Part shown: positions 8,880 through 17,641 of the stretch, one piece after another
Layout: the number at the start of each line of letters is the position of its first letter
How positions within the stretch are numbered: position 1 is the first letter of the stretch
Source of the DNA: an uncultured Lachnospiraceae bacterium
Lineage (GTDB): Bacteria > Bacillota > Clostridia > Lachnospirales > Lachnospiraceae
DNA length: 36,796 nt
Reading direction: 5' to 3'
Assembly (NCBI GenBank): GCA_902773185.1
Contig: CACYDN010000084.1
Coordinates: forward strand, 1 to 36,796
Made by a program: the position numbers and the translations under genes
The notes under the pieces: model-generated
Seen by the model: only the letters and a program-made list of their open reading frames with translations
What the model was told of the DNA's origin: nothing
The model's database searches: none

Positions 8880-9701
8880 ATGGATATGCTGCAGTTTTTC
8901 GGGCGGAATTCCGCCTTTTACCGGGAACAGAACAGCGCGTTCTTTATCGACGGAACGGACCTCGTGATGATGGACTGCGCCATGAGCGCCTTCCACAAAC
9001 TGGTTGCCATCATGAATCAGACAGATGATTCAGGCACAGTAACCGCTTCTGATATAAGCAGTTCTTCCGCCGACCGGGATGCGCTTCCGAATCCGGAAAC
9101 CATCAAACGAATCACGATTCTCGTGACACATACACACGGAGACCACATAGGCGGCATACCGATGCTGATCTTCTATGCCTACTATGTCTGGCATATACCC
9201 GTTACCGTGGCAGCCCCCTCCAAAGAGGTGGAGGATGACCTCCGGTATCTGATTGAACGGCTGGAGGGTTGCGAACCGGAAATGTTTACACTGACACTCG
9301 CCGAAAGCCTGAAATGGGTCCGGGCAGTCATTCCGACAGAGCATACGCCCACGCTTTCGGGCCGGTGCTTCGGCTACTCGCTTGCGCTTCCGGACGAAAC
9401 AGCGGTCTATACCGGCGATACCTGCACGCTGGAACCCTTCCTGCCGTATCTGGATGCGGACTTTGCAGAGCCGGTCGGGCACACGAATGCCTCCTCCGTT
9501 TCGGAAATCAGACAGGTAAGCCTGTATACCGAATCCGCAGTCTTTCGTTCGCCGGTACATCTCTGCATCGATGACATCCTGCCCACAATTACGGCCCTGA
9601 CCGAAAAGGGCGTCCGGGTATATCTGATGCATCTGGATAATGAGGAAGCCATCCTGGAAAAGATCAAAGAAACCCGGATCCGGCTGGCACCGCTTGTGTA
9701 A
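8880..9701 (+). CDS. MBL-fold metallohydrolase (Apyc1 / RNase Z / class II cNMP PDE-like)
   Basis: THTHGDHIGG, PTEH, YTGDT, PVHL, RVYLMHLD; N-terminal G.NSAF..NSA..DC pattern. Confidence 0.85.
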   Translation: MDMLQFFGRNSAFYREQNSAFFIDGTDLVMMDCAMSAFHKLVAIMNQTDDSGTVTASDISSSSADRDALPNPETIKRITILVTHTHGDHIGGIPMLIFYAYYVWHIPVTVAAPSKEVEDDLRYLIERLEGCEPEMFTLTLAESLKWVRAVIPTEHTPTLSGRCFGYSLALPDETAVYTGDTCTLEPFLPYLDADFAEPVGHTNASSVSEIRQVSLYTESAVFRSPVHLCIDDILPTITALTEKGVRVYLMHLDNEEAILEKIKETRIRLAPLV

Positions 9702-9748
9702 CGCAAAAAAGCAAATGCAATTGATTTAGATTCCAAGGGGGAAACAAC

Positions 9749-10756
9749 ATGAATGCTGAAAAAACCTTATCCGATATTTTTTCCGTATCCGATGAACTGT
9801 ACCGTACCATGAGCTGCGCCGCAGAAACAGACCACTCCTCGATTTTTATGCAACTGACCGAGCTGGGCCGGATCCTTACGGAATCCGATCGTGCCAGTTT
9901 CTGGAAATGGGACAAGCACTCCCATACGCTCTGGACCACAGCGGCTACCGGCACAGACCGGATCACCATCCCGGATACCACGGGACTTGTCGGAAAATCT
10001 CTTTCGCAGGGACGCGTGATCGTAACCAACGATCCGTATCATGACCCGGATTTCAACCAGGCCGTGGATAAGGCCACCGGCTATGTGACCCGCTCCATCC
10101 TGACCATGCCCGTTGCCAATATCAACGGCGAATATATCGGTGCCTATCAGGTGATCAACAAACTCGGCGGAGACGGAAAGTATGACGAAGCGGAGGACTG
10201 CCGCCGCCTGTCTCTTGCAGCCATGATCTGCGGTCTCGCCTTGGAATCCGATGTTTTCCTGGAGGAATCCCACACCGATAAACTGACCAAGCTCAGAAAC
10301 CGCATGGGCTTCTTCCACGATTTCGACCGGAAATACAACGCTGTGATCCGTGATCCGAAGCGGATGCTTTCCCTCTTCATCTGCGATATCGATAAATTCA
10401 AATCCGTAAACGATACCTACGGCCACAACGCCGGCGATGAGGTCCTGCAGCATGTGGCGGGTATCCTGACCGAAAACTGCCGGCCGGTGGACGGCATCTA
10501 CCGCTGGGGCGGTGAGGAGTTCATCATGATCATGACGGATATGGATATGGCCGGTGCTGCGGAAAAGGCAGAGGATATCCGGAAAAAGATCGAAGCGGCT
10601 GTCTGCGATACCTCCGAGGGCTTCTCCATCCGCCATACCATGAGTTTCGGCGTTACCGCCTTTGATCCGGAAAAAACAATTGAAGAGAATATCAGCACGG
10701 CGGATCAGAAGCTGTATACCGCCAAAGAAACAGGAAGAAACAGGGTGGTCGTCTGA
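9749..10756 (+). CDS. GAF-GGDEF diguanylate cyclase
   Basis: GAF (DPDFNQAVDKATGYVTRSILTMPV..QVINK); DKLTKLRNR, DIDKFKSVNDTYGH, RPVD I-site, RWGGEEF. Confidence 0.94.
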   Translation: MNAEKTLSDIFSVSDELYRTMSCAAETDHSSIFMQLTELGRILTESDRASFWKWDKHSHTLWTTAATGTDRITIPDTTGLVGKSLSQGRVIVTNDPYHDPDFNQAVDKATGYVTRSILTMPVANINGEYIGAYQVINKLGGDGKYDEAEDCRRLSLAAMICGLALESDVFLEESHTDKLTKLRNRMGFFHDFDRKYNAVIRDPKRMLSLFICDIDKFKSVNDTYGHNAGDEVLQHVAGILTENCRPVDGIYRWGGEEFIMIMTDMDMAGAAEKAEDIRKKIEAAVCDTSEGFSIRHTMSFGVTAFDPEKTIEENISTADQKLYTAKETGRNRVVV

Positions 10757-10780
10757 CCACCCTGTTCCATTCTGTTTCTT
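10725..10780. terminator. Putative bidirectional terminator hairpin between convergent operons
   Basis: 12-bp stem AACAGGGTGGTC-gtct-GACCACCCTGTT spanning the stop codon, extended by AAGAAACAGG/TCTGTTTCTT. Confidence 0.55.
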
Positions 10781-10797
10781 TCTTCAAAATCTCCCAC

Positions 10798-12627
10798 TCA
10801 GGAAGCTGACTTTTCAGTTTCTTCTTCTACCGTTCCCAGTACCTCGTAAACCATGACGCCGTTACTCTTTCCTTTGAGCGGAATCTGGCCGATCTCATTC
10901 ACCCGAATTCTGTCCTTTAATCTTTCATAAAGCACATCACTGATCAGAACCTGTCCCTTCTTCGCATTGGCCTCCAGTCTCGCGGAGGTATTGACCGTAT
11001 CTCCGATGGCCGTGAAGTCCATTCGGAAATCGCAGCCTACGTTTCCGACAACGGCAGGTCCGCAGTTCACACCCACACCGAAGCCAACGCTCCGGCCGTA
11101 TTTTTCAAAAAGCTTCTTCTCGAGTGCTTCTCCGCCCCGCACAATATCCAGTGCCGCAAGAACCGCCTTGTATTCGTAATCCGGAAGATCAAAGGGTGAA
11201 TTGAACACCGCCATAGTCGCATCACCGACGAACTTGTCCAGCGTACCGCTGTTATCGAAGATGGCCTTCGTGGTCAGGCTCAGGTACTCATTCAAAATCT
11301 CCACAACCGTTTCCGGCGGAAGCGCCTCGGACATCGTGGTAAACCCTCGGATATCCACGAAGAGCACAGCGATATCCCTGTTCTCACCGCCTAAGTTGAT
11401 TTCAAAATCGCCTGTTTTGGCAATTTCCTCCACAACCTGCGGCGCCACATATTTCTGGAACGCCTGGAGAATCTTTTTCTTTCTGGCCTGCTCGCCAAGA
11501 TAATGCACCGCAAGCACGTAGACAAACGATATAATAGCCACAATGGGCAAATATACCAGACTGAAGGCAGTTCCGTGTTCATTCAGGATTACACCAATGA
11601 ATCCGTTCAGACTGATAATGACCAGAAGCAGGATTACGCTCATCCAGACCTTCAGCTTACGGAACAAAAGATGCAGGAACATCGCGATGATTGCGATAAT
11701 AATCCCGTAGAGGTACGGATTTCCTTTTACGGCAAATCGGCCGTCCTGATAAGACTGCAGGATATTGGCATGAACCTCCACCCCGTACATCTGGCTGCTG
11801 CCGCCGTTCGGCACCTTGAAATTATCCTGTAAGCCCGTTGCATAGGCACCGACCAAAACAATACTGCCGGCAAAGGTCCGGGGATCGATTCTGCCTTCCA
11901 GAACATCCACCAGAGAAACGCACTCATAATCACCCGGCTTACCGGAATAGTTGATCAGTGTCCGTCCGGTCTTATCGGTCGGAATTCCCTCCGGCGTAAT
12001 TCCCTTCTTCTCGCAATACATCTCATAGATGACACGCGAAAACATGGAAACCTCTTCCCCATCCACTGTTTCCGACGGGAGGATACGGCGCACCGTACCA
12101 TCCGAATCCTGTGCCACGTTGTCGTAGCCCATCCTTACGTTTTCCGCGAGCTCCGGATACGGCATCGAGATTCCGATTGCCGACCGGGACATGACGCCGT
12201 CTGCCTTCCGGGAGGCATGTTCTTCATACAACAGATGGCTTACCACAACCACATTGCCGCTTTCCTTTGCGGTCTCCGCCAGATCCAGGTCCCCATTCTC
12301 GGATGCATCGACATTTTCATCCTCAAAGTGACCGGTGAAGAGAATATCGAAGCCGATCACGGTCGGTTTCATCTGTTCATCCTGATTGAGAAGCCGGATC
12401 AGATCGGCGTAACGGCTCCGGGACCATGTCTGAACCGGTCCGTAAGCCGCAAGCGTCTTTTCATCGATTCCGATGATCTTGATCCGGGCGCTGATGCCTC
12501 TCGGCTGCTGATACAGCTTATCCGTCGCCAGATGGTCGATCGTGAGAAACGCCCCCGACACCGACAGGATAAACACCAGAAAGCCCACCAGAAGTGTTTC
12601 CAACAAAATACGAATTTTCTTTTTCAT
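10798..12627 (-). CDS. CHASE2-domain class III adenylate cyclase (CHASE2 + 3 TM + cyclase)
   Basis: CHASE2 motifs IGIDEKT, WSRSRYA, IGFDILF, DSDGTVRR, IVLVGA, MYGVEVHAN; cyclase FVDIRGFT, LDKFVGD, DFTAIGDTVNTSARLE; AGGAG RBS. Confidence 0.95.
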   Translation of the reverse strand: MKKKIRILLETLLVGFLVFILSVSGAFLTIDHLATDKLYQQPRGISARIKIIGIDEKTLAAYGPVQTWSRSRYADLIRLLNQDEQMKPTVIGFDILFTGHFEDENVDASENGDLDLAETAKESGNVVVVSHLLYEEHASRKADGVMSRSAIGISMPYPELAENVRMGYDNVAQDSDGTVRRILPSETVDGEEVSMFSRVIYEMYCEKKGITPEGIPTDKTGRTLINYSGKPGDYECVSLVDVLEGRIDPRTFAGSIVLVGAYATGLQDNFKVPNGGSSQMYGVEVHANILQSYQDGRFAVKGNPYLYGIIIAIIAMFLHLLFRKLKVWMSVILLLVIISLNGFIGVILNEHGTAFSLVYLPIVAIISFVYVLAVHYLGEQARKKKILQAFQKYVAPQVVEEIAKTGDFEINLGGENRDIAVLFVDIRGFTTMSEALPPETVVEILNEYLSLTTKAIFDNSGTLDKFVGDATMAVFNSPFDLPDYEYKAVLAALDIVRGGEALEKKLFEKYGRSVGFGVGVNCGPAVVGNVGCDFRMDFTAIGDTVNTSARLEANAKKGQVLISDVLYERLKDRIRVNEIGQIPLKGKSNGVMVYEVLGTVEEETEKSAS

Positions 12628-12672
12628 GGTACTCCTACGTAAGAAGTTAGTATTTGAAACGAAAGCACCGGG

Positions 12673-15600
12673 TTACTTTACTGAATGGAAGGTATGCTTG
12701 CCCTTTTCATCCAGGTACACAGAGCTGCCGCCCTGATATACAGTCGGATCCGAGTCCACGGACCATTCCCCTTCACCCAGGATATACTCCGTTTCCGGTT
12801 CCAACGGAACCGACACACCATCGGGGATGACCTTGTCCTTCAGCCAGAGCGCGCTGAGGGTGATCGTAATCTCCCGCGTGTTTCCGGCTTCATCCGTTGC
12901 AACGATCACAAAATCCATTGCCCCGTTTTCGGGATCCAGAAGAATCGTCGCCACGCCATCCTTAACCTCAACAGGCGTTTTATTCACAATAACTGATGCC
13001 AGCTTATCATCGGTGATCACGAGCTCCAGATTATCCCGGAAGAACACGGTAACCGTATTCACATCCACATCGTTTGCGGCAATATCCGGTATATCCATAT
13101 CAATCTTCAGCTTGCCGGGCAGCGGAATGGCACCGGTCAGAGCGCCGTCTGTCCGACGGAGATAGATCTGTTCAATATCCTCGCTGTATGGAATGAAACT
13201 GCTGTAGATCACACCATCCCGGGAAATGGAGAATCCCTCAGGTGCTTCAATATTTACTTTGGTCGTATAATAACCGTTGTCGCCGGTGGTTCCCCTCATA
13301 ACATAGGCAACCGACGGTCTTTCCAGATAGGAAAGGGTAAAGTCATCCCGGCAGGAAACCGCTTCATAATTATCCGTCTGCGGAATGATTGCCAGGACCG
13401 TATAGTCGCCGGCCGCTATTGGCCATGCATCCGTAAAGCTATCATCCGGTGCGGATAACGATTTATAATAATACTCGATGCCCTCTATGCCATCGGACAC
13501 CGTTTCCAGAGTCGGTGCATATTCCGGAAGTCCCGATATGCCATCGGCCATCTTGATGGATGCCTCTGCACTCCTCCGGCTGATGGTGAAGCTGCTCGAA
13601 GCATAGGCCGCCTCAAATGCAAAGGTTTCGGGAACGCTGATAAATACCACATAGGTTCCGACCGTTGTGGGCGCCTCTGTCGAATAGGAAATGTCATCTG
13701 CTCCGGATGCCTTGTACAGAATGGTTACCTGCTCCGCATCCGAATTCGTTGTATACTGCGGTTTCACCTCATCCCATACAAAACAGTCCGCCACGCTGAT
13801 GCTGGCCTTTGCGGCATTCTTGCTGATGGTAAAGGAGGTTGTTGCCGTAACCGCTTCGTAAGTAAAGGTTTCGGGCACCTTCGCAACAACATTGTAGGTT
13901 CCGGCTGCCGTGGGAACTTCTGTGGTATAGTTACTGTCATCCGAACCCGCCGGCTTATAATAGATTGTAGCCGTACCATTCGAGTTCGTGGAGAAATCCG
14001 GTGCAATGGGTTCTCCTACCAACGCATCTGCCACGCGGATGCTGGCCGTAGCCTCTCTCCTGCTGATGGTAAAGGTTGTTTCTGCCTTGGCCAATTCGTA
14101 GCCGTCTGTTTCCGCTATCTTAACCAGCGCCTTGTATTTTCCTGCCGCAGTGGGCTCTTCTCCGGAATAACTGCTGTCATCCGCATCCGCCGGTTTATAC
14201 AGGTATTCCGGTGTTCCGTCGGAATCCGTCTTGAGATCCGGTTTGATCGGATCGTTTACAAAAATATCATCGATGGAAAGAGACACCGTCGGAACATCCT
14301 TCAGATAATCCAGATGGAACATCAGATCCGTGGTTCTGCCCGACAGATCATAGGCCGTGATCGTACACTTTTTGGACGTTCCCTTTTCCGCCGTGAAATC
14401 CACATCTGCTGTCCAGACACCGCCGTTTTCTTTCACACCGCCGTTTTCACGGGAATAGGATTTGCCCGGTGTGACGATACTATCCAGGTTTTCATCCTTG
14501 ATGCTGATGACCACATTCTTTGCCGTAATCTGATCCTCGTCGGCGATAGATGCCGCTTTGCCGTCCACCTTGGTCCCGCTGATCACGGGATCGGCCTCGT
14601 CAAAGACCAGATCCAAAATCGGTGCACAGAGCTCTGCTGCCGAATAAAAGTCTGTTTCCGCGTCATCGCTCCGCTTCAGGCGGAAGGTCAGATCATCGTT
14701 ATAGTTTCCGTCCAGCTCAGAGGGGAAAACGTCCTCTTTTGTCAGAATAACAGAGGACTGCCACTCCTCTTCTCCGCCACGGAGCACAAGATATCCCTCC
14801 GCAGGGGTAAGGGTAATGCTGTCCTTTGCATAGACCTCATTCTCGACACCGGACAGGGTAAAATAGCTCGATCCCCAGGCCGTGTCACATTCATCAAGCG
14901 GCAGATAGTCGATGGAGAATATCGTATCCGGTACATAACCGCTCTTATACGGATACTGTGCGGGAACATACGCATGGAACTGATAGGTTCCCGCCTCTGT
15001 CGGTGCCGCCTCCTCAAAGACAGCGTCGCCCATAAGAGGTGCATATTCCATTTGATAATCCGGCACGCCCGGATAGTCGGAGGGATACGAAATGTAATCC
15101 GTCAGATCATATTCCTGTCCCACATAGATCTGCCCCGGTTCGCTGACCGTAAATGTCGGTTCATAGCCGATCAGCTCAATGGCATAATCATCCTGGCTGG
15201 CCACAACAAGGTCAGAAAGATCTTCACCGATTTCCAGCGTAAAGCCGCCGCCATCAATGGAAACCCAGGTGTCCGGCTCTGCAATGACCGTTCCGATATT
15301 TTCGGAATTATATCCCGTAATCTCAATCCCGGTCACGGGTTTGTACACAGCAGATGACGTATTCTGAACATGCGTCGTCAGCCGGATCCGATCGGCTGAA
15401 ATGGTTCCGTTATTCGTAATGGAACCGTTTTCAAACTCGGAGCTGTCCGTGGCAAACACCTTGCCGCTCGTCTCACCATACCGAAGCACACTGTTGTTGG
15501 TTATTTTTGCATGCTCCTGCAGATCAAAGGTGTTCACGGAGCATTCACCGTCATTGATAAATTCTATATTTGCATAGATTGCAAAAGTTCCGGTTACCGT

Positions 15601-16125
15601 CAGCTTGCTGCCGCTTTCATTATAAAACTTCCCGCCATAACTGGGGTCGGTAAGATTCACCGTGTTCATTGTTCCGTAATTATAGAAAGTCCGTGCAGAG
15701 CCTCCGCCGTCAGACATCACAATGCTTTCGGCCTCTATGGTACCATGATTCACAACAAGCGCTTCCACGGAATTTACGGTTAAATATCCTCCATCATTAA
15801 TCTGAATACTACAGTTATATGCGGTTTCAATCGTTGCATTTCCAAGATTCACATTACCTGAGATAATCAGATTATGGCCCACTGAATGAGAATCCCGCGC
15901 TACTTTAATATACGTGATTTCCGAAAGCGCGCAGGTGTAGCCGGCATCATCCGTAACCGTTTCCGAACCGGTCAGTGTGAGGTCATAATCCAAAGTCAGC
16001 TGATATCTTCCTTCCGGAACTTCCCCCGCCGCTTTGACCGGCGGCAGATAGATGAGTCCCATCGCCATGACGAGGGTAAGCCCCAGACTGATCATTCTGT
16101 TTTTCAAAGAGATTTTATTCTTCAT
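12673..16125 (-). CDS. Large secreted protein: beta-helix-like N-region, MBG-like repeats, Ig-like domains
   Basis: Start at ATG 16125 (AAGGAG RBS); signal peptide ending PVKA; N.G.I repeats; five P..(A/V)G.Y motifs; D...P / A.D..G Ig-like motifs; no LPxTG, SLH or C-terminal TM. Confidence 0.85.
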   Translation of the reverse strand: MKNKISLKNRMISLGLTLVMAMGLIYLPPVKAAGEVPEGRYQLTLDYDLTLTGSETVTDDAGYTCALSEITYIKVARDSHSVGHNLIISGNVNLGNATIETAYNCSIQINDGGYLTVNSVEALVVNHGTIEAESIVMSDGGGSARTFYNYGTMNTVNLTDPSYGGKFYNESGSKLTVTGTFAIYANIEFINDGECSVNTFDLQEHAKITNNSVLRYGETSGKVFATDSSEFENGSITNNGTISADRIRLTTHVQNTSSAVYKPVTGIEITGYNSENIGTVIAEPDTWVSIDGGGFTLEIGEDLSDLVVASQDDYAIELIGYEPTFTVSEPGQIYVGQEYDLTDYISYPSDYPGVPDYQMEYAPLMGDAVFEEAAPTEAGTYQFHAYVPAQYPYKSGYVPDTIFSIDYLPLDECDTAWGSSYFTLSGVENEVYAKDSITLTPAEGYLVLRGGEEEWQSSVILTKEDVFPSELDGNYNDDLTFRLKRSDDAETDFYSAAELCAPILDLVFDEADPVISGTKVDGKAASIADEDQITAKNVVISIKDENLDSIVTPGKSYSRENGGVKENGGVWTADVDFTAEKGTSKKCTITAYDLSGRTTDLMFHLDYLKDVPTVSLSIDDIFVNDPIKPDLKTDSDGTPEYLYKPADADDSSYSGEEPTAAGKYKALVKIAETDGYELAKAETTFTISRREATASIRVADALVGEPIAPDFSTNSNGTATIYYKPAGSDDSNYTTEVPTAAGTYNVVAKVPETFTYEAVTATTSFTISKNAAKASISVADCFVWDEVKPQYTTNSDAEQVTILYKASGADDISYSTEAPTTVGTYVVFISVPETFAFEAAYASSSFTISRRSAEASIKMADGISGLPEYAPTLETVSDGIEGIEYYYKSLSAPDDSFTDAWPIAAGDYTVLAIIPQTDNYEAVSCRDDFTLSYLERPSVAYVMRGTTGDNGYYTTKVNIEAPEGFSISRDGVIYSSFIPYSEDIEQIYLRRTDGALTGAIPLPGKLKIDMDIPDIAANDVDVNTVTVFFRDNLELVITDDKLASVIVNKTPVEVKDGVATILLDPENGAMDFVIVATDEAGNTREITITLSALWLKDKVIPDGVSVPLEPETEYILGEGEWSVDSDPTVYQGGSSVYLDEKGKHTFHSVK
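13327..14301 (-). repeat. Four tandem ~80-aa (about 240-bp) MBG-like domain repeats
   Basis: PTAAGKY, PTAAGTY, PTTVGTY, PIAAGDY units each ending FT(I/L)S; CTGATGGT.AAG recurs at about 240-bp spacing. Confidence 0.8.
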
Positions 16126-16142
16126 AGCCCATCTCTCCTTTT

Positions 16143-17063
16143 TTACTTCCATTCTACCGTTATATCCTTTGTAACCGGTTCGTTAAAGTTATAGTTCCAG
16201 TCACCGGAGGCAGCGGGATTCAGTGTAGGCCTTACAGCCTTTTCTCCCTTCTTCACAGACTGCGTTGCAAATACCGTTTTGTTATACTCAAAAGTTACCG
16301 TGTAAGGTCCGTTCAGGATCACTTCAATCTCCGGATTGGAGATGGAGGTGTCCCGTCCGGTATCATTCTTCTTCTGAATGATACGAAGAATACGTTCCGG
16401 CAGCGAATTATAATCGATCGGCTTAGGCTTCTGGAAATAATATGTGGTCTCTGTATTCCGGGTGATAATGACCTCCTGGCCGGCCGGAACCGGTACTACG
16501 GTTACTTCCCTGGAACCATCCTCATAGATCAGGACAGAATCCATGACACCCTCGAAGGTTACGGCTCTCGTCTTTCCCTTCTCGTCGTTCGGATCATAGA
16601 AGACGTAAATAATGGTTCCGCGGATCGACATCGATGCATTCGGTGTATTGATCTCGTAGGTCGATTCATCCGAAAGCTTATTCTGTACATCACAGGTGAT
16701 ACCGCCGTTTTCCAGTTCAATCTTCGTCCGGCTGTCCTTCTTTGTTCCGGATGCCACAAGCTCGATCACCGTTCCCTCATCCAGATAAATATACTTATCG
16801 TCATCCGCCAGAATGGTCAGAGAACCGTTCGTGAGCGTAACCTTATCACCCGACTCCAGAACCATGTTGGAATAGGGTGTGATACTCCCCACTTCCTTAC
16901 GTTCCACAATTCCCTCTCCCGAAAACTCGTAGATTTTCAGAAGCCGGTAATCATCCTTCTTCTTGTGCATAAAAAGAAACGCGATAACAGCGCCCGAAAT
17001 GATTACCACCGCTGCCGCGATCCCGATAATGATCAGTTTTTTACTGACCTTTTTTTCTTCCAT
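16143..17063 (-). CDS. Membrane-anchored FecR-domain protein with C-terminal InlB-B/Flg_new-like repeat
   Basis: N-terminal TM after a ~9-aa tail; LESGDKV..YLDEGT..YEINTPNASMSIRGT; C-terminal YTVTF..QSVKKGEKA.RP....W..NFNEPVTKDITV. Confidence 0.85.
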   Translation of the reverse strand: MEEKKVSKKLIIIGIAAAVVIISGAVIAFLFMHKKKDDYRLLKIYEFSGEGIVERKEVGSITPYSNMVLESGDKVTLTNGSLTILADDDKYIYLDEGTVIELVASGTKKDSRTKIELENGGITCDVQNKLSDESTYEINTPNASMSIRGTIIYVFYDPNDEKGKTRAVTFEGVMDSVLIYEDGSREVTVVPVPAGQEVIITRNTETTYYFQKPKPIDYNSLPERILRIIQKKNDTGRDTSISNPEIEVILNGPYTVTFEYNKTVFATQSVKKGEKAVRPTLNPAASGDWNYNFNEPVTKDITVEWK

Positions 17064-17274
17064 ACTCTATCCCTCTATTACCTGAAACAACGGTTCATTT
17101 CCCGGTCCGTTTTTGGGGACAATAAAACCCCTGCTTCTTCAGCCCATACCTATTTAGACTATATCACAATTTTGTATAGTTTTCCATATATTTATTTCTT
17201 CGTGTACAGGTATTGCGAGCAGGGTTGTTCCCCCCTGATTGCCGCCGATTCCGTTGCGGCCGTTTCCGAAGCAA

Positions 17275-17303
17275 TTGTTTTTTGCAGTATTTCGGTATAT
17301 AAT
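17275..17303 (+). promoter_or_regulatory. Putative sigma70 promoter of acyP
   Basis: TTGTTT-N17-TATAAT. Confidence 0.45.
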
Positions 17304-17356
17304 AAATTTCTGATCATGTTTGGCTATCATCCTTCATTTTGATAAAGGAGTTTTCT

Positions 17357-17641
17357 ATGTCCGGTATCATCCGTAAACACATCACCTTCTATGGCCGCGT
17401 ACAGGGCGTCGGTTTCCGCTGGCACGCCCGCCACGCCGCAGACTCCCTCCGTCTCACAGGCTGGGTAAGAAATGAATATGACGGCTCCGTTACCATGGAA
17501 ATCCAGGGTGAGGAAGCCGCCATTGATATGCTTCTGCAAAACCTCGGCAGTGACCGCTATATCGATATCCGGCATATGGATATCCGAACCATCCCCGTGG
17601 AGGAAGGCGAACGGTCATTCCGCGTGAAGCACGATTATTGA
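17357..17641 (+). CDS. acyP: Acylphosphatase
   Basis: GRVQGVGFR and GWVRN..DGSV signatures; AAAGGAG RBS before ATG 17357; 3' end overlaps the convergent gene by 7 bp. Confidence 0.95.
   Translation: MSGIIRKHITFYGRVQGVGFRWHARHAADSLRLTGWVRNEYDGSVTMEIQGEEAAIDMLLQNLGSDRYIDIRHMDIRTIPVEEGERSFRVKHDY

Noticed and set aside
8880-12627. Pycsar/CBASS-like defence system (cyclase plus MBL)
   Set aside because: Cyclase is a membrane CHASE2 sensor with adenine-specific residues; no TIR or cNMP-binding effector nearby
17164-17180. TGTGA (minus strand) as a CRP-like box upstream of the FecR operon
   Set aside because: Half-site only; better explained as part of an extended -10 (TG-A-TATAGT)
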